This document shows positions 10,048-19,406 of a DNA stretch of 64,000 bases, piece after piece. The position numbers and the translations under genes were made by a program. A model generated the notes under the pieces. That model was not told where the DNA came from and made no database searches. It saw only the letters and a program-made list of their open reading frames with translations. Source of the stretch: an uncultured Bacteriovoracaceae bacterium (GTDB lineage: Bacteria > Bdellovibrionota > UBA2394); the NCBI GenBank assembly GCA_964626465.1, contig CAZVFP010000001.1, forward strand, positions 24,932 to 88,931, written 5' to 3'. How positions within the stretch are numbered: position 1 is the first letter of the stretch; each line of letters opens with the position of its first letter.

Positions 10048-10959
10048 CTATCTCACGTCCACAATTCTATCTCGATCAATACGTCTTACGGCCGCCGAGC
10101 CAGCGCCTGACCAGTAAATTGTGATATCAACGAATGGCCATCGACCTTTTCTCTTTTCTTCAAAGATTTGCTGAGCGACGCGATTGGCCATCGGACTATC
10201 ATCGTCGGAGAATCCAAACTGATGATTTCTCCAGCTGGGGATTGACTGAATCAAATCAAGCAATTCGGATAAAATCAAAAATTTTCGATCGGGCACATCA
10301 ATATTCGCGAGCTCGTCAAATTCGGGTGCTGTCACTGGAAAAATCAAAGGGAGTTGAGGCGTATTTTGAATGAACCTTCCCTCTTTTATTAAGCCAAAGC
10401 CTTTGAAGATATCGAGAGCGGGATGACCTCGTGATGTGACTAAGGCAATCTGTTCCGCAAGTGTGGGATCCTTTGCGGCCAATTCGTATTCGTGCATGAC
10501 GAAGCCATACCATTCGGTATCATTATGATCCTTCAACATCTTTCGAACTTGATTTTCAAACTGAGTGCCACGGTAAAGTGAAAATGCGATTTGTGGTGGC
10601 GCTTTGGAATAAGGAGAATCTGGTTTGCCAAGTTGGTCTCGGTACTTCGCAAACTCTCCATTGCTGATAATGACCGTCTTGCCAGATGAATTTTCAATGA
10701 CATAAACACCAGCGAGACATTTGAGCAAATTTCCATCGATATCGAAGGCTCTAAATTGAATGGGTCGCGGAATCCACAGTGGTCGATCCTGAGCATCTAT
10801 TTTTACTCCCCAACTTTGCAAAAGATCATGACGTTTTGCTGGAGTTAGAAATTGGTATTTAGCTTCAGGAGGATGAAATGTGCCGAAAACGAGTGGAAGA
10901 AATAGACTTATTTTTTTGGTCAACAATGTTAAGGACGTAACGCAATTCTGAAGGATCAT
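10048..10959 (-). CDS. Secreted hypothetical protein.
   Basis: 303-aa ORF. N-terminal signal LTLLTKKISLFLPLVFG. Confidence 0.55.
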   Translation of the reverse strand: MILQNCVTSLTLLTKKISLFLPLVFGTFHPPEAKYQFLTPAKRHDLLQSWGVKIDAQDRPLWIPRPIQFRAFDIDGNLLKCLAGVYVIENSSGKTVIISNGEFAKYRDQLGKPDSPYSKAPPQIAFSLYRGTQFENQVRKMLKDHNDTEWYGFVMHEYELAAKDPTLAEQIALVTSRGHPALDIFKGFGLIKEGRFIQNTPQLPLIFPVTAPEFDELANIDVPDRKFLILSELLDLIQSIPSWRNHQFGFSDDDSPMANRVAQQIFEEKRKGRWPFVDITIYWSGAGSAAVRRIDRDRIVDVR

Positions 10960-11072
10960 TTCTTGGTTCCTTGTCTTATTTCTTGGGAGGAAAGCATGAA
11001 TGTATCACTCCGTCTACAGGAAGATCTTTGAGAAGGCTTGCTGTTTGAATTTTCATCGTTCAGAATTTGAGA

Positions 11073-11771
11073 ATGATAGAGCTCTTTCAGTTTCCCGGTT
11101 TGAACAAGTCTTTGAGTATGAGTCCATTTTGTACGAAGGTTGAACTTTATCTTAAGATGACGGGTTTGCCGTACAAGAATCATTTTATTATGGATCCTCG
11201 TCCCGGGCCGAAGGGAAAAGCTCCGTATATCGTCGATGGTGATTTAAGAATCGGTGATTCACATTTGATCATTCAGTACTTGAAGAAAAAATATGGAGAT
11301 TCTTTAGATGCACATCTTTCGCCTGTCGAGCGTGCGACGGCTCTCGCGTTTCAGCGCTTGATGGAAGAAGATCTATATTGGGCGCTACTCTACGCGCGGT
11401 GGGGCGACGAGAACGGATATGCAAAAATGAAAGAGATCATTGGAAAGAATCTTCCGTTTTTTTTGCGTTCCTTCATCATGGGTAAGATTCGCAAAAACTT
11501 ATTGAGACAGGGATATGGTCACGGAATGATGAGGCATTCCGCTGATGAGATTTATGCTCGCGGCATCGAAAATTTAACGGCGGTTCGAGATTTTTTGGGG
11601 ACTAAGAAATATATGATGGGTGATCGGCCCTGCTCGCTTGATGCGACGGCTTTTGGATTTCTGCAGGCGATCAAGGACAGTCTCGTGCCAAATGTTTATC
11701 AGACATTCGTTTCATCTCATGGGAACCTGTCTGCCTATTGCGACCGTTTAAAGGCTGACTACTTTTCTTAA
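11073..11771 (+). CDS. Glutathione S-transferase-like (thioredoxin-fold N-terminal domain) protein.
   Basis: N-terminus MIELFQFPGLNKSLSMSPFCTKVELYLKMTGLPY resembles the GST_N/metaxin-like SPF motif. C-terminal helical domain. Confidence 0.65.
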   Translation: MIELFQFPGLNKSLSMSPFCTKVELYLKMTGLPYKNHFIMDPRPGPKGKAPYIVDGDLRIGDSHLIIQYLKKKYGDSLDAHLSPVERATALAFQRLMEEDLYWALLYARWGDENGYAKMKEIIGKNLPFFLRSFIMGKIRKNLLRQGYGHGMMRHSADEIYARGIENLTAVRDFLGTKKYMMGDRPCSLDATAFGFLQAIKDSLVPNVYQTFVSSHGNLSAYCDRLKADYFS

Positions 11772-11818
11772 GTCATGCGACTTGGAAAAACTGGCGAGTG
11801 TGATATAGAGGGCAGCAT

Positions 11819-14800
11819 ATGTTGTCGTCATTGGTTTTTTCCCCGCTTAATCGAGTTAAATCCGTAGTTTATGCCTCCACGTTGGTTCTAGGACTCTGCC
11901 AGTCCGCCATTGGTGGAACCCTGACATATGATGTCAGTGGTCCAAATGGTGAGAATGGGCGCAATGGGCGCAACTATTCAGGTTCTAGTGCGGGGCACGG
12001 CAGAGATGGCGGTAATGCCGGTCCGGCAAGCAATGGTTCTGATGCTGGATCTGTTGATCTCTCGATGCAGGATCATTTCAATGAGGGGCAGGCTGGCCCA
12101 GCATCCGTCGTGATTCGATCCCGGATTCTTCCTTCAAATGGCGTTCTTCAGGAGTCGTCCGTGACTGAAAGGCTCTCGCCTGCAAGTCCACGAATTCGAA
12201 TTATTGCCCGCGGTGGAAAAGGTGGAGATGGTGGCCATGGTGGAAATGGTGAAGACGGAGGCCGAGGTCGCGACGGCACTGATGCAACTCGCTCCTCTCG
12301 TGGCACTGATGGAGGCCGTGGATATGATGGAGGAGATGGCGGAAATGGCACGCCCGGTGGAGATGGTGGCCGAGGCGGTCGCGTTGTTGTTCGGTTAGCT
12401 GCGACTGATTTGCATCTGGGATTTCTGCTCGAGACAATTGATGTCAACGGCGGACGAGGCGGTGCTGAGGGTGAAAATGGATCTGCAGGAAGCGGTGGCG
12501 CCGGGGGCTCTGGGGGAAGCTCGACGAGCTGGCAAGAAAAGACGGGTGAAAGAAGTATTTCTGTTTCTAACGGTGATGGATCTTTCAGTCACAGACGAGA
12601 GGATGTTTTTTCAACGAGATCGAATCCTGGCGGCAGTTCCGGGGCAAGTGGATCTGACGGTCGAAGTGGCCGTGGTGAAACTCATGCAGGAATGCCTGGA
12701 CCTGATGGATCTTTTGAATTTTTGGTGACGGAGAATAATGGACGAGTATCGAAGTATCATTCTGTCTCAGACCTTCGACTGATTTCCTACGAACTAATAG
12801 AGACTGACGAAGTGTCGAGAGATGGCATCATTGAGCCGAGTGAAAATTTGACCATTAGAAATATTGTCATTCAAAATACTGGAGAGATGCCAAGTCCCGC
12901 AGGCAAGGCTGCTGTTCTCATTGGGTTGCCCCAAGCGGATTGGCTCAAATTGCCAGCGCGAATTTCTATTCCGAGTCTAAAACATAATCAGACATTCACG
13001 ATTGTCGAAGATTATAAAATTCAAATAGCGCCTCTGACCGCCTTCCAACAAAATCGTCGGTGGGCACGTTCTGAAAGGATTGATCCGCAAGCATCAGTCA
13101 CAAGAGTTTATTACGATTATAAAAATTTTTCTCGTCAGCAGACAATTACGATCACTCTTCCCATCGAAATCTCAGAAATTAAGGTGCCAGAGACCTTGGC
13201 ACCAGGTGAACGTTCGGCCATTTCATTTCGAGTGAAAAATATTTCATCGAAACCTCTTGGATCGAGCACGGACGGAAAACGCGCTGTTGAAGTTCTTTTG
13301 GCGCAAAAATCTCAAACAGAACTTCCATTCCAATTTGAAGGTCTCAACGGTGAGGTTCAATTGACAAATGGTTTTGTGGAAAAGATTTTGTCTCTTAATC
13401 CAAACGACGAAACAGTGGTTGAAGGATATTTGCGAGTTCCTGAATCCATAGAACCCTATTCCTCGGTCGATTTTTCGGCGAGTTTGAAATTTCCGCAGCT
13501 TGGCAGTTTGGATGAGGCCCGCATTGTTCAAGAAAATACGACCCGGTTGCGCATTGGTCAGAAATATCGGTATACCCCCGGTGCGGATATTTTAATGATT
13601 GTGAACCACAATACTGAGCGAAATGAGATTCTTGCGTGGACCAATTTATTCAAGAAGCTGGGTTTGAAATTCGATATTTGGGATACCAATTACTATGGTT
13701 ATCTCAATCTAAAGAGAGCGCTGGATGATGATGGTTCGACGCTGATGAAACTTTATGCGCATAAAACCGTGATTCTTTTGAATAATAAATCAGATCGAGA
13801 GAAGTCGAAGATGGGATCCGATGCTCTTGACGCCGAAGAATTTGTCGAGGCGGCCTCGAAACGTCTCATGAACTTCTATGTGATTGGAGGGCAAGGTGGT
13901 GTCGATTTTCTGAAATGGCTGATGACGACGGATCCTGATTCGCAGGGACTTATCGAAAATCCATCAGATCTCGGTCAGTTGAAATCGACGCCGGCCTCTT
14001 TTGTTCGACACATCGATGTGAAGAAACCAAATGAGAAACGCTGGCTGAAGCGAAGCACGACGCTTTCTTCAAGCCTCTATGAGGCTTATCCGGATCAGCG
14101 CTTCGTTTTTGAAGGCCTGACGAATCGTGTCAACCATGCCTACGATCAGGTTGTGATCCGGACAACGATTGCTCCGGCCCGGGGACGTGCCTCATATCTG
14201 TCTCAGCCCGATGAAGAAGTCCATACGGAGGCGTTCGTCAATAGTGAAGCCAATATCAGGGCACTTCTCTTGAATTTGCCGATGAAGAAAAAGCTAAATT
14301 TGTTGGGCAAACTTAATGCCGTGCATCTGGAATCTGTGCCGCATGTCAGTGAATACCTTTATCAGGCTGTTTTGCACGATATAGTTGAAGAGATCGATCT
14401 TTGGCGAAGAGCTCCAAAGGCCTTTCATAAGACGAATCGTGTCGCAATGAATATGCAATATTTTTTGTCGTATGTTGATTCGCGATTTCGCTTTGCTCAA
14501 AATGATGTGAGCGATCAGATGAAGCTCTTGATCGCGTCTTTAGCGGCTATCGATTGTTATTTAGATGCCATACCCGATTCCGTACTCGAAGATTATCTTC
14601 GCGCAGATTTCGATCTTTGGATGGACACTCAGTGGCCAAAGATTTTTGAAGGTAATCATGGAACTGCAAAAAAACTTTTTGATGCCAAGAAAATGGCTCT
14701 GCGAAAAAGTATAAAAGCTCGTGGAAAGGTTCTCGTTGGGCTTGACGATGTCGAGGTGCTCAGACATTTGCTGGTGTTCCCAGCAAAACGAGAGTTGAAG

Positions 14801-14848
14801 ACGACGGACGAAATCTTGAAATACGGTAATTTGGTGGATAAGCCATGA
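11819..14848 (+). CDS. Large secreted protein (1009 aa) with N-terminal Gly/Asp-rich nonapeptide repeat block and an unknown ~700-aa C-terminal region.
   Basis: Signal peptide VYASTLVLGLCQSAIG. Period-9 repeats GGKGGDGGH / GGNGEDGGR / GYDGGDGGN / GTPGGDGGR. A second Gly/Ser-rich tract follows. Confidence 0.8.
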   Translation: MLSSLVFSPLNRVKSVVYASTLVLGLCQSAIGGTLTYDVSGPNGENGRNGRNYSGSSAGHGRDGGNAGPASNGSDAGSVDLSMQDHFNEGQAGPASVVIRSRILPSNGVLQESSVTERLSPASPRIRIIARGGKGGDGGHGGNGEDGGRGRDGTDATRSSRGTDGGRGYDGGDGGNGTPGGDGGRGGRVVVRLAATDLHLGFLLETIDVNGGRGGAEGENGSAGSGGAGGSGGSSTSWQEKTGERSISVSNGDGSFSHRREDVFSTRSNPGGSSGASGSDGRSGRGETHAGMPGPDGSFEFLVTENNGRVSKYHSVSDLRLISYELIETDEVSRDGIIEPSENLTIRNIVIQNTGEMPSPAGKAAVLIGLPQADWLKLPARISIPSLKHNQTFTIVEDYKIQIAPLTAFQQNRRWARSERIDPQASVTRVYYDYKNFSRQQTITITLPIEISEIKVPETLAPGERSAISFRVKNISSKPLGSSTDGKRAVEVLLAQKSQTELPFQFEGLNGEVQLTNGFVEKILSLNPNDETVVEGYLRVPESIEPYSSVDFSASLKFPQLGSLDEARIVQENTTRLRIGQKYRYTPGADILMIVNHNTERNEILAWTNLFKKLGLKFDIWDTNYYGYLNLKRALDDDGSTLMKLYAHKTVILLNNKSDREKSKMGSDALDAEEFVEAASKRLMNFYVIGGQGGVDFLKWLMTTDPDSQGLIENPSDLGQLKSTPASFVRHIDVKKPNEKRWLKRSTTLSSSLYEAYPDQRFVFEGLTNRVNHAYDQVVIRTTIAPARGRASYLSQPDEEVHTEAFVNSEANIRALLLNLPMKKKLNLLGKLNAVHLESVPHVSEYLYQAVLHDIVEEIDLWRRAPKAFHKTNRVAMNMQYFLSYVDSRFRFAQNDVSDQMKLLIASLAAIDCYLDAIPDSVLEDYLRADFDLWMDTQWPKIFEGNHGTAKKLFDAKKMALRKSIKARGKVLVGLDDVEVLRHLLVFPAKRELKTTDEILKYGNLVDKP
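12200..12560 (+). repeat. Coding low-complexity repeat: period-27-nt (nonapeptide) Gly/Asp-rich repeats followed by a Gly/Ser tract, inside the 1009-aa gene.
   Basis: Repeated ggtggagatggtggcc... units. They generate spurious antisense ORFs. Confidence 0.6.
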
Positions 14849-15807
14849 AAAAAAATCTCTTAAAAATATTTTCGTTGTTAACACTGTCACTTTTGATTTC
14901 ATCTGGTCTGGATTATTTGATGGCAGCAAATGCTGATTCAGAGAACGTTCCATGTCGTTCGGTATTGATTGGGGTTGGTCAGAGCTACTGGGGGCAATAT
15001 TTCTGCCATCAATGTAATCAACTTTATTCGGCCAGGCCAAATGTTCAGGGTCGTCAGCAATGTCCCACTTGCGGTAAAGCTCATGAAAGGCCAAGAGATG
15101 GATCGGATGATGCCATTAACTTACCGCATGATGAAGTCATTGTTGACGGAAAGCCATACTTAAGAATTTGGGTTCCAGAGGCGGCTATTGTTGTAGGTGA
15201 TCCTACGGCAAAGTTTGCTGGTAAGGGGGCGCTTCAGTCTTGTTTATTCTGTGGATCCAGCGGCTTTGCTATTGATAAAGCCTGCGGAGGTTGTGGTGCG
15301 CAGTTTGAGAAAGGCGCCGCGCGGTCAAAGGCTGTAAGAGTTCCTCAAGTTGTTCAGGCGTCGAGTCGTCCAACTTCTCAGGCAAAACCTGCGAGTGGCG
15401 CGAGCCGTGGCGTTAACCTCGCTGAGAAAAGAATGTCGGCCCCGGCTCCTTCACCGAACCTGCCGCATGAATTTAGGCCTATCCGCTCCAACAGCGGCTT
15501 GGCCGCTTTGAGATCCGTCTTAATTGGATCGAGCATTGGAGCGACCGCCCTTTCAGTAGCTGTTGGTCTCACTCTTTTTGGTCGCAGTCCTTATATCGCT
15601 GAAGGGCATGTGGTTGATGTTTCTGGGCCAGCGATCACGGTGACTTATACGGCGCGAAGAGGGCAACAACAGCAGCTGACATTTATAGCAGAGAATGTCG
15701 GCGTTCGAGTCGGCGATTCAGTGGAGTTACACGGGCGACGTTGGGGCAGCATCAAGGGCGGCGAAACGTCTGCCGGAATTATTTTGTCTCTCAAGCCGAA
15801 AGACTGA
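14845..15807 (+). CDS. Membrane protein with signal/anchor, two CxxC...CxxC zinc-ribbon-like motifs and one internal TM helix.
   Basis: CHQC...CPTC and CLFC...CGGC pairs. TM helix AALRSVLIGSSIGATALSVAVGLTLFG. ATGA overlap with the upstream giant gene. Confidence 0.65.
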   Translation: MKKNLLKIFSLLTLSLLISSGLDYLMAANADSENVPCRSVLIGVGQSYWGQYFCHQCNQLYSARPNVQGRQQCPTCGKAHERPRDGSDDAINLPHDEVIVDGKPYLRIWVPEAAIVVGDPTAKFAGKGALQSCLFCGSSGFAIDKACGGCGAQFEKGAARSKAVRVPQVVQASSRPTSQAKPASGASRGVNLAEKRMSAPAPSPNLPHEFRPIRSNSGLAALRSVLIGSSIGATALSVAVGLTLFGRSPYIAEGHVVDVSGPAITVTYTARRGQQQQLTFIAENVGVRVGDSVELHGRRWGSIKGGETSAGIILSLKPKD

Positions 15808-15915
15808 TTTTTTTTCGAACATTCGATAATCATTGCCAAAGAAACGGCCTTTTCGTTAACGCTGAGTGATAGGGTTTTGAATTTTAAATTCAAATAATCG
15901 TTCAGGGAGCCGGAT

Positions 15916-17538
15916 ATGCGTCAGTTTCTTTTTTCAGTGATCTTCTTATTTTCTGTATCAGCCTTTGGTGCTGAGATTCCATCAGGAAAACCCGCCAACT
16001 TCTGTCGCTTTTTTCTTGGATCTCTGAATGTGGAAAATGCGCATCCTCCGTATATGACGATTCCAGATCGGGTTGCTGAATATACGCCGATCAAGCACCT
16101 GGGATCAATTCGTGCGCGGGGATTGGCTGGCTCTCCGAATCGTCGTCTGCCCAATTGGACGCGAGAAAAAGTAGAGCTCAAGCTTGGGCAGTTACAGACT
16201 CTTTTGGGGCTCTGGCCTGAGAGGCCTGCGGTGCTTGGAATTGTGGAAGTGCGAGATGCGAGTATCACTGGCAAAATTGCAACTGCTCTTGGTTACAAGG
16301 AGCCGATCGTGAGTGCGAGCAGCAATGAGCGCGGAATGGATGTAGGATTGCTTCTTAATCCATCGCCGGAGCTGGAAATCGTGAGCACGCAAGAGGTGCC
16401 GCTGACTGGCCCAGAGTTTGCCAACTACAGAACAAGGAATTTGTTGGTCGTAAGTGTCTCCGTCGCACAACGTTTTTTACTTCACTTTGTTGTGGCTCAC
16501 TGGCCGTCGCAGGGAGGGCCGACCGAAGCTCGTGTTGAGGCGGCTCGTCAGACTCGAGCGCTGGTGGGCAAACTGAAGTCTGATTATCCTGGATCCGAAG
16601 CCATCGTCATGGGAGATTTTAATACTTTGGATTCTGAAAAAGATATTCTTGGTCGTCACCCTTTTCGAGATATTTTGCTTGAAGCAAATGGGGCTGCAAC
16701 TCTGGTGGATGCGTTTACGTTGGAATCAATGAGAGCTCCAGGAGCCCATCCAGAGGGAACTTACTACTACGCGCCGAATGATGAGTGGAATCGCCTTGAT
16801 CGATTTTTCGTGACGGATGGATTGCTTCGAAATCGCCCTAACGGACTTCGGCTTGTGAGCAAGACTTATCGCGTGAATGCTCCCGAGGCGGTGACTCACG
16901 AAGTGAAGCGCCGAGACGGATCAACAATTCGCGTACCTTTGAGATACGATCCAGAGGCAACAACGGCAGCGCGTGCAGGCTTTACGGATCATTTTGGAAT
17001 TTCTGTTGGAATTGAAGCGCATTGGCAGGATTCTGGCTTGGAGCGTGTGCGATTTCTTTTAGATCAAGACATTTTGCTGGCCAGATCGGTTATCCTCTTT
17101 CCGAAATCGCCAAAGGGGGCTCGTCGCTTCATCTCGTGGTCTGAGTATGTGGCAGAAAAAGATAAAATCGGCGTGGACGGTGCCAAGTTTGGAGCATTTG
17201 AGATTCGTGAGGGCGAGAGTTTCGTCCGATTGCGAGACGGAGATGATGGAAAAAATTGGTACTTCAATGATTTGAGATACGATAGCGAAGGCGGCGATAT
17301 TGAAAAAATCCGCGGTCCAAGGTGGGACGAATTTGTGGCTGCACTTGCAACGCCGGAATCCGCAAGGCGCGTTCTTCTGCATATTCCCGACTACAGAACA
17401 CATCGACCTGAGTCAGTCTATCAACTGCTGCTGGATTTGCGTGAAAAAGGAATCATTGCCGAATTGCCGCTTCTCGAAAATATAGAGCAGGCGCCTTCGA
17501 CAATGCCGGTCGATTTAGCTGAAACGAAGGCGAAATAG
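15916..17538 (+). CDS. Secreted endonuclease/exonuclease/phosphatase (EEP) family protein with extra C-terminal domain.
   Basis: Signal peptide. EEP motifs NVEN, GIVEV, VVAHW, MGDFN, DHFGI. A ~180-aa C-terminal extension follows. Confidence 0.8.
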   Translation: MRQFLFSVIFLFSVSAFGAEIPSGKPANFCRFFLGSLNVENAHPPYMTIPDRVAEYTPIKHLGSIRARGLAGSPNRRLPNWTREKVELKLGQLQTLLGLWPERPAVLGIVEVRDASITGKIATALGYKEPIVSASSNERGMDVGLLLNPSPELEIVSTQEVPLTGPEFANYRTRNLLVVSVSVAQRFLLHFVVAHWPSQGGPTEARVEAARQTRALVGKLKSDYPGSEAIVMGDFNTLDSEKDILGRHPFRDILLEANGAATLVDAFTLESMRAPGAHPEGTYYYAPNDEWNRLDRFFVTDGLLRNRPNGLRLVSKTYRVNAPEAVTHEVKRRDGSTIRVPLRYDPEATTAARAGFTDHFGISVGIEAHWQDSGLERVRFLLDQDILLARSVILFPKSPKGARRFISWSEYVAEKDKIGVDGAKFGAFEIREGESFVRLRDGDDGKNWYFNDLRYDSEGGDIEKIRGPRWDEFVAALATPESARRVLLHIPDYRTHRPESVYQLLLDLREKGIIAELPLLENIEQAPSTMPVDLAETKAK

Positions 17539-17569
17539 TTGCTAAACTTGGCACGCAACTTGCTTTAAA

Positions 17570-18661
17570 TTGAGGACGATGCTCGCGTATTTATCGGCCG
17601 TGTATTTTTCAGTTGTGTCTCAGACAAATGTTTTGGCTGAGACGCTTCCGACCTGCTCAACAAATGCGTCGATCGTTCAGCAAACCAACAAAATTTTTGA
17701 GAAATCGGCAAAGAAACTGGAAAATCGGCGAGTGTTTCTTCCGCTGAGCCAGATGCCTTTGTCCCTTAATTCATTGGATGCCGTAGCGTTCAATCCCAGC
17801 GATCGCTCTCGCTTGACTCAGATCTCTCTCATTCTGCAGATTTCGGTCATCCACGTGAGTGGAGAAGGTTCAAGAAGTCTCAGTGACGTGACGATTTCGC
17901 GCCAACGTTCTGATTTTATGACGTCGGTATCGCAAGAGATGAAGCAAAAAAAATTTTCAGTGAATTCGAATTTGCCACCCATTTTACCGCACCAACTTTT
18001 TCCTCTTGAGGCAGCGTTTAGCTCGACCAATCAAGCAGCTTATGCGAGTGCTTTTGTTGCCCCGGGCCGGGTGCTCGGCGAGGGGCGATTTACTTCCCTC
18101 ACTCCCCTCCTTCTGTTCAAAGATTTTTCGGATAAAACAGGTATCTTAAAAGAGATGATCAATGCTCTCATTTGGAAGCAGAGAGCTCAGAAGGGTTTGA
18201 TGGATCCATGGTCTGTGACTTTTCATTTTCAAAATCCTGACGATTATGAATTCTTGAGAGAGAATGAGCAGGAAGAGTTTTTGCTGCGGCCGACGCATTA
18301 TGTGCCAAAACTCTTCGAGAGAAGCCAACGATTTTATGATCAACTGGCGATTCAGTTTGATGCGCAGTGGCTGCTCTTTGAGAACTCCGAGTATTGGGGA
18401 CTCTCTGGGACTGTTCGAAGGGAGGCCCTTGAGAATCTGCGTGCAATTTTGGGAAGTCCTTATGAGGGTGGCGTGGATGGATCAGTGGGACTCGTCAAGC
18501 TGGTCGGAGATATTTCATCTCGAATTGGAGCATTGGCGTCTAGGCCTGATGGATTCAAAGATCCTCGTCTCGATGGCCAGCTTCGTGAGTTCGAAAGCTG
18601 GCTCCGCCAGCGAAAGGCATCTGTAGATGCCGCTTATGCGTGGCTTCAAAAACAGAATTAA
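17570..18661 (+). CDS. Secreted hypothetical protein.
   Basis: 363-aa ORF. Signal peptide ending VLAETLP. Confidence 0.6.
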   Translation: MRTMLAYLSAVYFSVVSQTNVLAETLPTCSTNASIVQQTNKIFEKSAKKLENRRVFLPLSQMPLSLNSLDAVAFNPSDRSRLTQISLILQISVIHVSGEGSRSLSDVTISRQRSDFMTSVSQEMKQKKFSVNSNLPPILPHQLFPLEAAFSSTNQAAYASAFVAPGRVLGEGRFTSLTPLLLFKDFSDKTGILKEMINALIWKQRAQKGLMDPWSVTFHFQNPDDYEFLRENEQEEFLLRPTHYVPKLFERSQRFYDQLAIQFDAQWLLFENSEYWGLSGTVRREALENLRAILGSPYEGGVDGSVGLVKLVGDISSRIGALASRPDGFKDPRLDGQLREFESWLRQRKASVDAAYAWLQKQN

Positions 18662-18734
18662 TTCATAGGCTTTGCTCGCCGACTTGTGTTCCTTCGGGCT
18701 TAGTGTTGCAATGGTAGTCTTGGGGGAACAGTTT

Positions 18735-19406
18735 ATGAGGTTATATGCGCTTATTTTGTCGTTTTTTTTATCCTGTCTCGGGCTCTTCAGAAACGAATTT
18801 GACGTTCTAGCCAGCGTGAATCCGAAGGAATCAAAACGCAATTTTAAGCCTGTGAATTCTCCCTCTCCTTCGCCTGAGGCGAGTGATAAGCCGTCGTCGG
18901 GTGGGGTGACAAAAACAGAGACCGGACTCCCCGGCACTAAATCTACTTTTAATTTTGTGGATGGTGGCGATCGTCGGGCTTTGGAATATTCGGTTCAGGT
19001 GGGTTGCCAAACCGTGACTGGAAGTAGTTTGGCCAATCGTTATGAACTGGAAGTTTGTATTAGCCCAGATTTCAAGACACGAGTTTTTTCTTTGAAAGTT
19101 TCTGTTCAGTGTGATGACGAGAAAGATCCGTCGAAGGTGATTGCAGCAATGGGTCTTTTGTCGCGTCGAGCAGAACATTATTGTGTGACTGAAAAGGCTC
19201 ACAACTTAAGCTATAAAGAATCCTGCGGGTATGAGCCCATGGCAGCCTGTGGGGGTGATTGGTACAGCACTAAAGGAACGAATTGCCAGCGAGAGAATAT
19301 CAAATATTGTTGTAGTCCTGGTGTCGATTGTAGTCGCTATCAGAAGGAGTTCGATCTGAATCGAATTATTAAGTATTCGGAAGAACCCATATGGCCATCG
19401 TTTTAG
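18735..19406 (+). CDS. Cys-rich small secreted protein/lipoprotein, hypothetical.
   Basis: Start chosen at MRLYALILSFFLSCLG, which is preceded by a GGGGGA Shine-Dalgarno-like run. About 12 Cys in the mature part. Confidence 0.5.
   Translation: MRLYALILSFFLSCLGLFRNEFDVLASVNPKESKRNFKPVNSPSPSPEASDKPSSGGVTKTETGLPGTKSTFNFVDGGDRRALEYSVQVGCQTVTGSSLANRYELEVCISPDFKTRVFSLKVSVQCDDEKDPSKVIAAMGLLSRRAEHYCVTEKAHNLSYKESCGYEPMAACGGDWYSTKGTNCQRENIKYCCSPGVDCSRYQKEFDLNRIIKYSEEPIWPSF

Noticed and set aside
12200-12400. A possible RTX (GGxGxDxUx) calcium-binding beta-roll.
   Set aside because: Period 9 and the Gly/Asp positions fit, but the conserved large hydrophobic residue at position 8 is absent and there are only about 6 repeats. 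This is kept only as beta-roll-like, not as a canonical RTX protein.
12148-12728. Several 60-100 aa ORFs on both strands that translate to Pro-rich, His-rich or Met/Ala-rich sequences inside the Gly-rich repeat region.
   Set aside because: They are frame-shifted or antisense readings of the GGN/GAT-rich coding repeat of the 1009-aa gene. Their composition simply mirrors the codon repeat, and they are fully embedded in a strongly supported long ORF.
15879-15891. AT-rich inverted repeat GAATTT-T-AAATTC upstream of the EEP gene.
   Set aside because: It is short and AT-rich, so it could easily arise by chance. It is not reported as a regulatory site.
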